Positions 1 through 37,810 of a stretch of 64,000 nt of DNA are shown here, in pieces. A program made the translations under genes and the position numbers. The first letter of the stretch is position 1. The number at the start of each line of letters is the position of its first letter. Origin of the DNA: Camelus dromedarius (taxonomy: Eukaryota); contig NC_087466.1 in the NCBI RefSeq assembly GCF_036321535.1, positions 2,852,001 through 2,916,000 of the forward strand, given 5' to 3'. The notes under the pieces were generated by a model. That model worked only from the letters and a program-made list of their open reading frames with translations. It was not told the DNA's origin and did no database searches.

Positions 1-1250
1 AGCTCTCTGCTAGGCGGCCTTGAGAGAAGGCGGCCTCAGTTTCCCCTGAGCCCGTTGCTCACCTGCTGGGCAGCAGGCTGGGCAGCAGGCTGGGCGGGCT
101 CCGAGCTCCCCCCGCTGAACGCTCCGGTCAGAGCGCTGCCCATGACGTGTCCCACAGCCGAGCCCACTGCCACTCCGGCGGCCGTGGTCGCCATCTGCGC
201 CATCAGGCCGGGCTGGCCCGACGGGGCGGGCGCCGGGGCTGCAGCCGAGGGCGGTGGGTGCGCTGGCGGGTGGGCAGAGGGCGCGGCGGTGCGGCTGCAA
301 AGTGCGGGGGAAGCAGAGTTAATCCGGGCCGGCCGGGGGCCCCAGGGCCCTCAACTTCGGAGAGGCACCCTCTTTGCTTCCCAGAGGGTGGTGACCACCG
401 TTTTAGACCCTGGGTTGCAGCACCCCGCCCCTCCCCCACCAAGATGGCGCTGCAGCCGCCAAGGTCACGCTGGCTCGCCCTTGGGGGTACCGCTCTTCCC
501 GGCCCCCTCCCCGCGGGCCTCCGGTCTCGCTCACACCTGGCTGGCCTGGCGGCCATGCTGCGACTCCCCCGGGGCATGGTCAGGGCAGGGGGACCGACGG
601 AGCAGAGTCAGAGACGGCGACGGCGGCAGCGGTTCTGCCTCGGGGACTAATACAGTAGCGCTGCGCACAGCCGGTGCAGCGGGGCGGGGCCGAGGCGGGG
701 ACTCGCGGACACGCCCCTAGCGGGAGCGCGGCCGGGGGGGGCCACGCTGCTCTCCTGCGGGACCCCAGGACTCTCCCTTCCCTCATCCTCTGGTGTCGGT
801 AACCCTGCTCCCTCACGGCGCCCTCCCGGTGCCCTCCTCGCTCCTGGCTGTGTGCGCCCTGGAGACACTGGCTGGTGTCGCAGGGCCCCAAGGACGTACG
901 CAGGGACGACGGGCATGGTCCTTCAAAGACCACCGTGGAGCGCAGCGAGCTGTCCCTATCGGACAGCGCTTGCTGGCTACGGCGTGGCATCAGGGTCGCG
1001 GGTGAACTGGGTCGGGATAGAAGCACCCACCCCTCACTTGGCTAGAGGAAGGCACGCACGACTGTCCCCGGAACCCCCGCCAGGGGGCGTCCGGACGGGT
1101 CTCGGACTCCTTCCCGGCAAAAACGCGACCCGCGCCCTAGGCAGCCCCGGCAGAGATGAGATGAGCCCCCCCGCGTGGCCCTCCACCCAGCCCGAACCCC
1201 TGTCCCACGGATGCAGCGCCAGACCCTGATAGGGTTTGAGCAGCATGTCC
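1..1250. promoter_or_regulatory. CpG island over CHCHD10 exons 1-2 and promoter
   Basis: Very high GC and CpG density; GC boxes GGGGCGGGG around 680-710; YY1-like CAAGATGGCG at 440-449; ERR-like CCAAGGTCA at 459-467. Boundaries approximate. Confidence 0.8.
63..577 (-). CDS. CHCHD10: CHCHD10 coding exons 1-2 (complement join 63..294, 537..577); the remaining exons with the CX9C domain lie left of the window
   Basis: ATG at 577; exon 1 (41 nt) gives [13 protein letters not shown] with donor AG|GTGTGA. Exon 2 (232 nt, acceptor TTGCAG, donor CAG|GTGAGC) gives [77 protein letters not shown], recognisably CHCHD10. It is head-to-head with MMP11 as in human. Confidence 0.96.
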
Positions 1251-2224
1251 CTCCCAAAGGCGGTGACCTGAGTGCACAGCGGCGTCTGTGCAGGTTGGAA
1301 TCCTGTGGCTTCGAATTTTACCACCTGGTTCCAGGCCCTGGGCAGGGCAGAGGCTGGATTTAGGACGCTTCCCAGCCCTTAGGAATTCGAGGTTTTCATG
1401 GTCTTTCCTGAGGGACTTCTCAGTGGTCATATCATTACCCTTGGAGGGGAGGAGCCCTGATTTCTTTACCAACACCGCTATCACTGTCCCTTGTGCCTGT
1501 GGGAGGCCTCCTGGCCTCAGGATTGTGGGAAGGATGAAATAGCCCAGAGCAAAAGGATGGGGGTGGCTCCCAGGTGGGGAAATAAGCCCCTCTGTGAGGA
1601 GCGGAGTGAAAGAGAAGGTGGGGAGAAAGGCAACGGCAGTGACTGGCAGGCTTGGTTATGTCTCTACTGTGTCCCTAACACACAGTACTCACAGCCAGCC
1701 TGCGAAGCAGTGCCCTTCCTCCCCTGACTCCCATCTAGGCTGGGCCTCAGTTTTCTCCTTTCTGAAGTGGGGGTGACCACCCACCCTGAGGTGAGGGGAG
1801 CATGTGAAGGGTTGGTCACTCTCTCCTCACATACATGCGGGGGCTGGTCCAACTTTTGCCCATGCAGTCCCTGCCCACCTGTTCCTGTTTGCCAAACTGG
1901 CCCATCCTAGGTTCATCAGGGTCCTCCTCCTAGAGGAAGCCCTCTGTGGCCAGCCCACCTTGCTGTAACCATGGCTCTGCACTGTGGCCTACAGCGTGGG
2001 TAGTTGTCACCTGAGCTCCCAGAACTGCTGGACCACTGTGGTTCCCCAAAGCACGACCATGCCCCTCCGGAAGGCACTCAAGACCACTTAAGGTAGTGAC
2101 ACAATTGAATGTTTTTACTTCATGCATTTTCATGTGCATTAAAAAAATGTAAATGAACTAATCAGATCCATGATTTCTTGACGAATATTGCTAAAATGGG
2201 GCCGAAGGAGGTATTTTAATTTTT

Positions 2225-2346
2225 CTGAGGGGGAGATGATTAGGTTTCTTCATTGATTTCCTCTTGGAGGAAGTTAAGAGGGATTCAACCTGAGACCTCG
2301 TGGGTGCTGAGCATGCGCTCTACCACTTGAGCTGTACCCTTCCCAG
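2225..2346 (-). mobile_element. tRNA-Ala-derived SINE (vic-1-like), moderately diverged
   Basis: Minus strand reads GGGAAGGGTACAGCTCAAGTGGTAGAGCGCATGCTCAGCACCCACGAGGTCTCAGGTTGAATCC...AAACCTAATCATCTCCCCC. TSD GGTATTT(T/C)AATTTTT at 2210-2224 and 2347-2361. Confidence 0.85.
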
Positions 2347-3103
2347 GGTATTTCAATTTTTAAGTGAGTAACTTTAAAGAAAGATTGCTAACAGTCCAGG
2401 TACTAAAAATCACTGCTGTCTTCCCTCTCCTCGCCTCTAGGCGTCTCTGTGGAGCCTCCTTGGAGAGGCTGTGAAGGCTCCCTGGACTGGGACCCGGAGG
2501 CAGGGTTGAGTCAGCCTGATGGTCCTTTCTTCTTAGGCCCAGACTGGGTGCTCACAGCCTCACCCTGCAGAAGCTCGGAACCCTGTCCACCTGGACGGGA
2601 GCCACTGTCTCTGATCTGGCTCTGCAGTGTTGCCTGTGATGGGGTGGAGCCAGGTGGTGGGGCTTCCCTCAGTCATCACCAGGATTATATGAGCCCAGAG
2701 GATCCCTTCCAGCATGTGGTCAGCTCCCCCTCCTGTTTTCACTGACCGAGGGACAGCCTGAGCCCCCAGTACCCGACTCAGACACTGCCCTCCATGGCCT
2801 TCTGACTGAACCCTCCCTCCAGCTGACCAAGGAGAGGGCCTCCTGACCCCTCCACCTGCCTGCTGGTTTGGAAAAGCCTGATCTGGGCCTTCCCTCTTGG
2901 GAGGGGTCTCAGTTTCTTATCTATAAACTGTCTATTGTTTTGTTCCAAGCTGAGGGGCTGGCCAGGACTTCATAGGCCTCAATTTCCCCTTTCCTGAGAC
3001 ACATTTTAATATCCCTTTCCCCACAGGCTGTGATCACAGGGATCTGAGGCTCTGAGGAGTGGGGGAACTAGCCTATGGCTGCCGCCACCTGCCACAGGCT
3101 AAC

Positions 3104-3116
3104 AGGTCAGAGGTCA
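3104..3116 (+). promoter_or_regulatory. Perfect DR1 nuclear-receptor element (AGGTCA-G-AGGTCA) upstream of MMP11
   Basis: Exact AGGTCAgAGGTCA about 330 bp upstream of the TATA box. A DR1 retinoic-acid response element is known in the human stromelysin-3 promoter at a similar position. Confidence 0.8.
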
Positions 3117-3488
3117 GTTCACCAAGGAGACCAGCTAGGGATGCATCTCCCAAAGTTAGGGGTGGATGAGGGGAGGAGTGAAACCCGACTCCTCTCAGAC
3201 TCCCCATCGCACAGGGGAAACTGAGGCCCGGAGCAGCACGAGCTGGCCAGGGTCACCCAGCACCAGTCCCCTGAGACCACAGGCCCGGCCCGTCCCGGGG
3301 AAGGACCGGATCCGCGGGCCGCCCCCGCCGGGCCAGCCCTCCCCGCCCACCTCCCCCACCCAGGCCGCCGGCGCGGGGCGAGTGCAGAACAAAAGGCGCG
3401 GGGGCGGGGCCGCGCGGGCGGGGGCGGGGCGGAGGCTATAAGGGGCGGCGGCCGGCGCGGCCCAGCAGGCCCAGCAGCCCCGGGGCGG

Positions 3489-12225
<8,737 letters not shown>

Positions 12226-12889
12226 CGACAGCTTAGATGTCCTCAGGGCCCCGACCCCTGCCAGGCCACTGATGGCTAGACTGTGGCCATCTTGGTGGCT
12301 GTGGGCACCAGGCACAGCTCGGAGCCGTGTCTCCTCAGGGGGGCAGGGAGGGACTGCAGGAAGGGCCACGCGGGTCGTGGCCACTGCCAGCGACAGTCTC
12401 AGACTGGGCAGGGAGGCTTGGGCATTAAGGGTGCAGGTGGCCTTGGGCTGGCTCTGCCCTACCTGTGCAGGTCATTGTCAAAGCCAACTGCCCCTGGTCT
12501 CCGTCCCATCCCTCAGGGTGGGACCTCAGCAGGGCTGGGGGAGCTGGAGCCCTCACTGTCCCTACTGTGAGGTCCGGCAGGGTGCTGGCACTTGGGTCTC
12601 GAGGCCCCATGCCTTTAGCCCTTTACTAAGTCGGCTCCGGAACGGGCTGCCTTCCAGTTGGTGATTCTAGAAATCTCCAGGATCCAGGCCAAAAGGTCCA
12701 GTCAGCTGGGGAGGGAGGTGCTTCTTGTCAGAGACCCCGGGTCCTGGAGGCCCCAACATACCTCAGTCCTATTGTGGGCTGGATCCCCTCCAGCCCTCAG
12801 CCCACACTGGGCCCTCCAAAGCCATGTAAATGTGTACAGTGTGTATAAAGCCTTTTTTTTGCCTTTTTTTTTTTTAACTGAAGACTGTC

Positions 12890-12895
12890 ATTAAA
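12890..12895 (+). terminator. MMP11 polyadenylation signal (ATTAAA)
   Basis: ATTAAA about 665 nt after the stop, preceded by U-rich tracts. Confidence 0.65.
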
Positions 12896-13729
12896 CATGG
12901 TCATTTTCTACCTTCCTGCCTGGGGTCTCTCTGTGACTGCAAGGGCAGGATAGGGGGAGAGCTGGGCCAGGGAGGTGGGAGGCCTGGCTGGGGACCTGCA
13001 GTCCTGGCTCCCACTCCTGCTCCATCTCGTCTGGCTGGATGCCTGGAGTGGCTTTGTAATCTATTCCCACGTCCCTGGTGGCTGCTCAGATCATCCTCCA
13101 CTAAGTGGTGGTCACTCTTTCGGATCATGCCACGCCCCAGCCCGTATCCCACTGTTCAGGACACAGAACAAAACTCTGTTACCATGGCCCAACCTTCTTA
13201 GCTCTACAGGATCTTAGCCTCCACCCGGCCCCACACGCATCTTCTTCATAGCGGCACTTATCACAGCTGTAGTTTATTAGACAGGACCATGGGAAACTGT
13301 CAGCCCTGGGCCGTTTATGACCTACAGCATTCTTCAACGGGTTACATGGCTTTGTTGCCTTCCTGGGTGTCAGGCCCCATTCCGGCTGTAAGCGCCCCAG
13401 GGCAGGGCTGTCTGGTGTCAGTGAACTGGGAATTAAGGAAGGAAGGGAAGCAGCCCCCCTCCATCATGATGGGCCAGCCAGCGCGAACACCACCTGGGCC
13501 TCGGAATCTTGCCAAGCCCAGAGCAGCCGTCCCCGCCAGCCCCCGCCCAGTGTTGTCATTCTGCCCTTTCCAGCCGCAGAAACAGCTGTGGCCTGGAACT
13601 GGGATATCTGTTCCTGCAGCTGCCCTGCGTTCTCTGGGTGGGGAAACTGAGGCACCGGCACTTTAGGCCTCCTCCCTGCCTTTAGGCCTTGCTTCGTTCC
13701 TCCTCCACTGGGCCAAGTTCCAGTCCCAG

Positions 13730-32961
<19,232 letters not shown>

Positions 32962-33242
32962 CCACCTGGTGGCGTTTGGCTCCCACGGAGCATCTGGAAG
33001 ATTGGACCGACTCTCCTCCATCTTCTGGAAGGAGGGGACAAGGAGGAGGGCAGCCTGGCTGTCCTGAGGAGCACGGGGCAGGAGCCTCTGGGCCGCCCTC
33101 CCCCGGGTTGCCTTCCCCCGGGTACACATTCCGTTTGCTGAGCCCCAGTCCCCACCGTCCGTCTCTGGTCAGGAAGAGGCCTCATTTGGGTTGTGTTTTG
33201 TTTTTGTACAGGAGCCCCAGGCAGGGCGAGCAACAGTTTTTA

Positions 33243-33248
33243 AATAAA
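33243..33248 (+). terminator. SMARCB1 polyadenylation signal (AATAAA)
   Basis: AATAAA about 280 nt after the stop, preceded by GU/U-rich sequence. Confidence 0.75.
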
Positions 33249-35271
33249 AGGTGACAGGTCCTGTTCCATTTCTTGAAGTGGTGGCATGAAAGTAAGAAGT
33301 GGGGAGGGCACGAGGCAGGTGGCTGGGCGTGTGGCCACGGCTGGTGGGCAGGCCCCTTGCCCTCCTCCACTGCACATCCTGAGTCAGAGCAGGTCTTCCT
33401 CCTCCATGCCAGCTTCCCACCCACCGGTGCTGGGCAAGTTCTTGCTGTCAGAGGGCAGAGCCGCCTGCTTGTCACCCACAGCCTTGCCCCACCTCTTGGA
33501 GCAGCCACAGGTTTTCCCAAGGGCCCGGGGCTCCGCTGTGTGCAGCTGGCCAGGCCGCTGCTAGCTGGGAGCATTGCTTCCCTGGGCCTTGCAGAGGCCC
33601 TGTTCTGTGCAGGGATCGAGGGCCTGTGCCCAGCTCTTTCAGGTCTAACAGGCGTGCACCACTCTCGCCATGCCCCCAGCCACGTGTGTGAAACACTGGG
33701 CCCATCTCCACCCCCGGCTGGTGCCACGGCCGGGCCAGTTCCTCCCTCCCAGCCGGCTGTGAGGAGTGACGGAGAGCCTGGAGCAGCAAGCCAAGCCTGA
33801 CGCCAGCTCAGAGGGTGATGGGCTGACCCTCCTCCCAGCTCTGCATCCTCTTCTGTAACATGGAAAGGTCCCTCTCTACATGGGACATGCCAGGGTGACA
33901 TGTGGGTGGGCCTCCTCACTGGGCCAGGCACCACCTGGTGAACTGGGCACAGCTGCTGTCTAACTGAAGACCCTGCACCAGGCTGGCCCGCCTTCAGTGC
34001 TGGCAGGGCTGAGGGTCAGGACATGGCAGGGGCCCCACGGCACCCAGAGCCCAGCCCAAGGCCCACGTCGGGCAGGAGCAGAGTGCTGAGGGTTCTCAGT
34101 TGTAGGATATGGGGTGATATGGGCCTGGCCCTCTGGGCTGGGGGTTCTCGTGAGCACATCCTGAGACATGACAGCTCCCAAGGAGTTTGTACTCCAGCCA
34201 CTGCCCTCCATCCAGGAGTGGAACTTGCTGGAGCCCCAGCAAGGGGACAGCTGGGCTTCACTGGAAGGCCTTGAACAAAGAGGAAGAGTCCAAGCCCAGC
34301 TGGCCTTGGAGACCAGTGGGCTCTGCTGCTGAGGTGAGGTGTTCGGTCTATAAGCAGGACAGCCCAAGCCCCACAGCTGGTGGGGTGGGGTGACCCCTGC
34401 CTGCCTCAACCCCACTGGGCCGGCCGGCCACCTGCCTGGGAGCGGCCTGGAGTGGGGCCTTCATACGCCGCCAGCCTGCCCCGCTGTGGACCTGCTGCTG
34501 CAGAGGTTTCCCCGTGAAGTTAAGGTCTGACTCCACAGTGAATATTTGTGTCATCTGTGAATGTGACACCCAGCGTTGGAGGAGCCCTCACACTGCTGCC
34601 GACCCAGGAATAAACCAGCTTGCAGACTGGTCATCTGATGCCCACTTTACAGAGAAAAGTGAGCTGCGGGCCTGATGAGGCTCTGGGTCTGCAGCCAAAA
34701 CCGGCAGGGGCAGAATTTGCCGAGGATTCTGCTGGGGTGGAACTTAAGGCTTTGGGGTCATAGAAAGGGTCTGGCCCTCTTTTGACCTGGCCCTTGGGTC
34801 CTTGGCCCAGTCCTTTAGCTGCTTGGCAGGCAGATGAGGCAGAGGCCCACCTGTGGGCTGCTGGAAGGGCAGGAGGGGCCCAGGGAGGCGTCAGCCTGTG
34901 GGCACCACAGGCAGGAGCCCTGCAGACGGCGTGACCGGACAGCCCAGTCCTGGCCCCGCCACCAAGATCTGATGCCCCTCACTGGCTGGCAGGGAGCAGT
35001 GGCCAGAGTGGGTGGGATTGCCCAGGGCTCCACTGAGGCAGCAGCAGGGTGGGGAAGAGAACCCCGGGTCGGCCACCTGTGAGCTCAGAGCTCTGCTGGG
35101 CAACCTTGGGCAGGTTCTTGACTCATCCTGCCCCTTGCACTTGTTCTGAGAGGGCAAGCCAGGCTTGGTGGCCCTGGGTCAAGGCCAGCAGCACCTGCCC
35201 TGTGTGGAAGGGTGTGGCCGGCCGAGGCAGGAGAGCCAGTGCTATGGGCAGAGAGGCTGCAGGTCAGTGTG

Positions 35272-35277
35272 TTTATT
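35272..35277 (-). terminator. DERL3 proximal polyadenylation signal (AATAAA on -)
   Basis: TTTATT on + strand, about 130 nt downstream of the DERL3 stop. Confidence 0.6.
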
Positions 35278-35405
35278 CGGGGGGACCTGGGTATGGGCTC
35301 AGCCTCCATGACAGGTAGCTGTGCTGCAAGCTGGGGTCAGGGGCTGCAGGCCAGCCCAAGGCTGGGAAAATAGGTCCCCGGGGCTGGCCCTGGCCCTGGG
35401 AGGGG

Positions 35406-37374
35406 TCACTGCTGCGGGGGTTGTGGCTGCTCCTCCGGGAGGGGCAGGTAATTGGGGTCCTCCTCTGGGGTGTCCAGTAGCAGCTTCCTGTCGGGAGGGG
35501 CCCAAGCTGAGCTGCAGCCAGCAGGGTGCCCCATGAGGTGGGGGAGCCACCTGAGGCCAGGCAGGGAGGGCGTCATCCCAGCACTCACAGGAAGCCGGGG
35601 GTCAGCAGCAGCCTCTTGCCTCCTGGCTGGTTGGGGAAGACATCCTCCAGGAAGTAGTAGATGTGGCCCACAGCGATCCCTGCGGAGATCCACCAGCTGC
35701 CGAGGCCACCCTCCACAGTCCAGAACCTGCTCTGGGACTCCATAGTGCCCAATGTCCTGCACAGATGGCCAGCCCAGGGTGGGACCAGGACTGGCCCGGA
35801 AGTGGGCAGGACCAGGGGCGGGGAGGGCCTGAAAAATCGAAGGAGTGGGAGCCTCAAAGCAGGAACCCTGACCCACCTGTCCCCACCTAGGTAAGGACCT
35901 ACAGAAGCATCAGCAGGTCAGGCCTCAAGAAGTGAAACCTACAGTACAGGCCAGCTGGAAGTTCCAGGGGCTGGAAGAACAGGAGCCATGAGGGTGGGGA
36001 GATGGGGTGGGGACACAGATGAGAGGTCCAGTGCCAGTGGAGGGAGGGCTCTGGCTGAGCAGGCCCTCAGGTCCCAGACAGCCTGCCAGAGGAGGGCAGG
36101 GTAGACAGCAGGCTCACCCAGCAGGTCCACAAGGATGGAGTTGCCCAGCAGCATTGAGAAGCCCATGAGCGCCCAAGGCAGGAATGGTGCCTGGAAGGTG
36201 AGGAGGCCGAAGAAGTTGACCCTCACCCGGGGGCTGCGGCGGCTCCACACGTACACCAGCATGGCCGTGAGGGCCTGGCCCAGGAAGAAGAGGCTGCCCA
36301 GGAGCCCCAGCAGCTGGGCCAGAGTCAAGGCCTCAGGCCCTGCCCAGGGCCCCTGGGACTTCTAAACCCTGGAACCCTCCTGCTGGTTTCCCTTCCCCTA
36401 TGGCCCGCGTGTGGCCTTCCCAGTCCAAGGCCACATTGTGGCCTCTAGGCACCACCTGATCTGCCCTGCCTCTCCACCTCACCCCAGCCCCGCGCCACTG
36501 CCCGTCCCTACCCCAGCTCCTCCTGGCTACTGGCTCTCTGGGCTCGGCCCCCAGGCCCATCGCCCTCTCTTCTGCGCACCACCCTAAGGTGTGTTGTGTA
36601 CAGCACTGGAGATCTAGCCCTGGCATCTACAGCTGAGCACGCGCTGCACGCTCAGTACATCCTAAGCTGGAGGCAAGGACTCCGTCTCGGGCCGGCGCTC
36701 AAGGAGGGGCCCCAGAGCCAGCACCGGCCGGGCCCAGAGNNNNNNNNNNNNNNNNNNNNNNNNNNNNNNNNNNNNNNNNNNNNNNNNNNNNNNNNNNNNN
36801 NNNNNNNNNNNNNNNNNNNNNNNNNNNNNNNNNNNNNNNNNNNNNNNNNNNNNNNNNNNNNNNNNNNNNNNAGGAAGTGCCACCGGGCGGGGCCTCAGTT
36901 TCCCGGCTCCCCGCCGCCTCCCCACCCCGGCCTGGCCCGCGCAGGATACACGAAGAGCATGTTGAAGAAGAAGCTGAATCCCAGGGGCCCGAAGAACAGG
37001 AAGTTGGTAACGAGCCTCCAAACCTGCGAGGGGCGGGCGGTCATGCGCGAGGCGGGCAGGGAGGGCGGGGCAGGCAGGTGCAAGGGGCGGGGTGGCCTCA
37101 CCTGGAACTTCCGGAACACGAGGTGCGGGTTGAAGTAGAGTTGGAAGGGGCTGAGGAGCTCCAGCTGCTGCGGAACCAGGGGCGCGTCAGGGGCTGGCCC
37201 CCGGGGGGCGGGTCCAACCAAGACCACGGCAACCCCCGGGGCTGTATCCCTGGCGACGCCCCACCCGTCGGGTCCACTCACCACGGCGGCGGTGGTGAGG
37301 ACGCAGGCCGCGGTGTAGGTCCGCGTCACCGCTGGCACCTGCAGGAACTCGGTCGCCAGCCCCCGCCACGCCAT
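35406..37374 (-). CDS. DERL3: Derlin-3; complement join(35406..35487, 35589..35679, 36118..36313, [exon 4 in gap 36740-36871], 36950..37023, 37102..37167, 37282..37374); about 231 aa
   Basis: [31 protein letters not shown] / [22 protein letters not shown] / [24 protein letters not shown] / [38 protein letters not shown] / [25 protein letters not shown] / [29 protein letters not shown]. Boundaries are GT-AG. The known 94-nt exon 4 restores the frame. Confidence 0.96.
36740..36871. other. Assembly gap (132 N), probably containing DERL3 exon 4
   Basis: Run of N between exons 3 and 5; no exon-4-like sequence (FRYCRMLEEGSFRGR) elsewhere. Confidence 0.9.
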
Positions 37375-37810
37375 TGAACCTTGTGAAACACGCGTGTCCA
37401 GATAGCCCGCCCTCTCTTTAACCCGCCTCTAAGCCCCGCCTTCCCGCCTTCGGCTAATCCGCGTCGGAGGTGCAGCCCGCCAGGGCTTGAGGGCGGGGTC
37501 TTGGGGCAGGTAGCCAATAGGAGGAGGAAGCGGGAAGCCGGGGGCGTGGGCGGGTCGAGACTCGGGGCCAATGAGCAGGCCCCATGGTTGAGCACGTGGC
37601 AGTTGTTGTGGTGCCCGCGGAAGCCACGCGGGAGAACATATGGCCAAATGAGGAACTAGACGCTTCGCGGCGAGCCAGGGGAGGACCAATAGCGAGGACC
37701 CACGGGGCAAACACAGGGGCGGGGCTGGCATTACTGGTTAGAAGAGAAAACCGGATCGAGGCACCGGGAGACTGAATGGGCGGGGCCCTGCGGGCGGGGC
37801 GGAACCGGTC
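37375..37810 (-). promoter_or_regulatory. DERL3 promoter: CCAAT boxes, ERSEs and GC boxes within a CpG island
   Basis: Perfect ERSE CCAAT-N9-CCACG at 37686-37704; one-mismatch ERSE CCAAT-N9-CCATG at 37568-37586; lone CCAAT at 37514-37518; CACGTGGC at 37593-37600; GC boxes near 37717, 37778 and 37793. Confidence 0.85.

Noticed and set aside
55-720. 221-aa + strand ORF antisense to CHCHD10
   Set aside because: Stop-poor CpG-island sequence opposite a real gene; low-complexity product with no recognisable domain.
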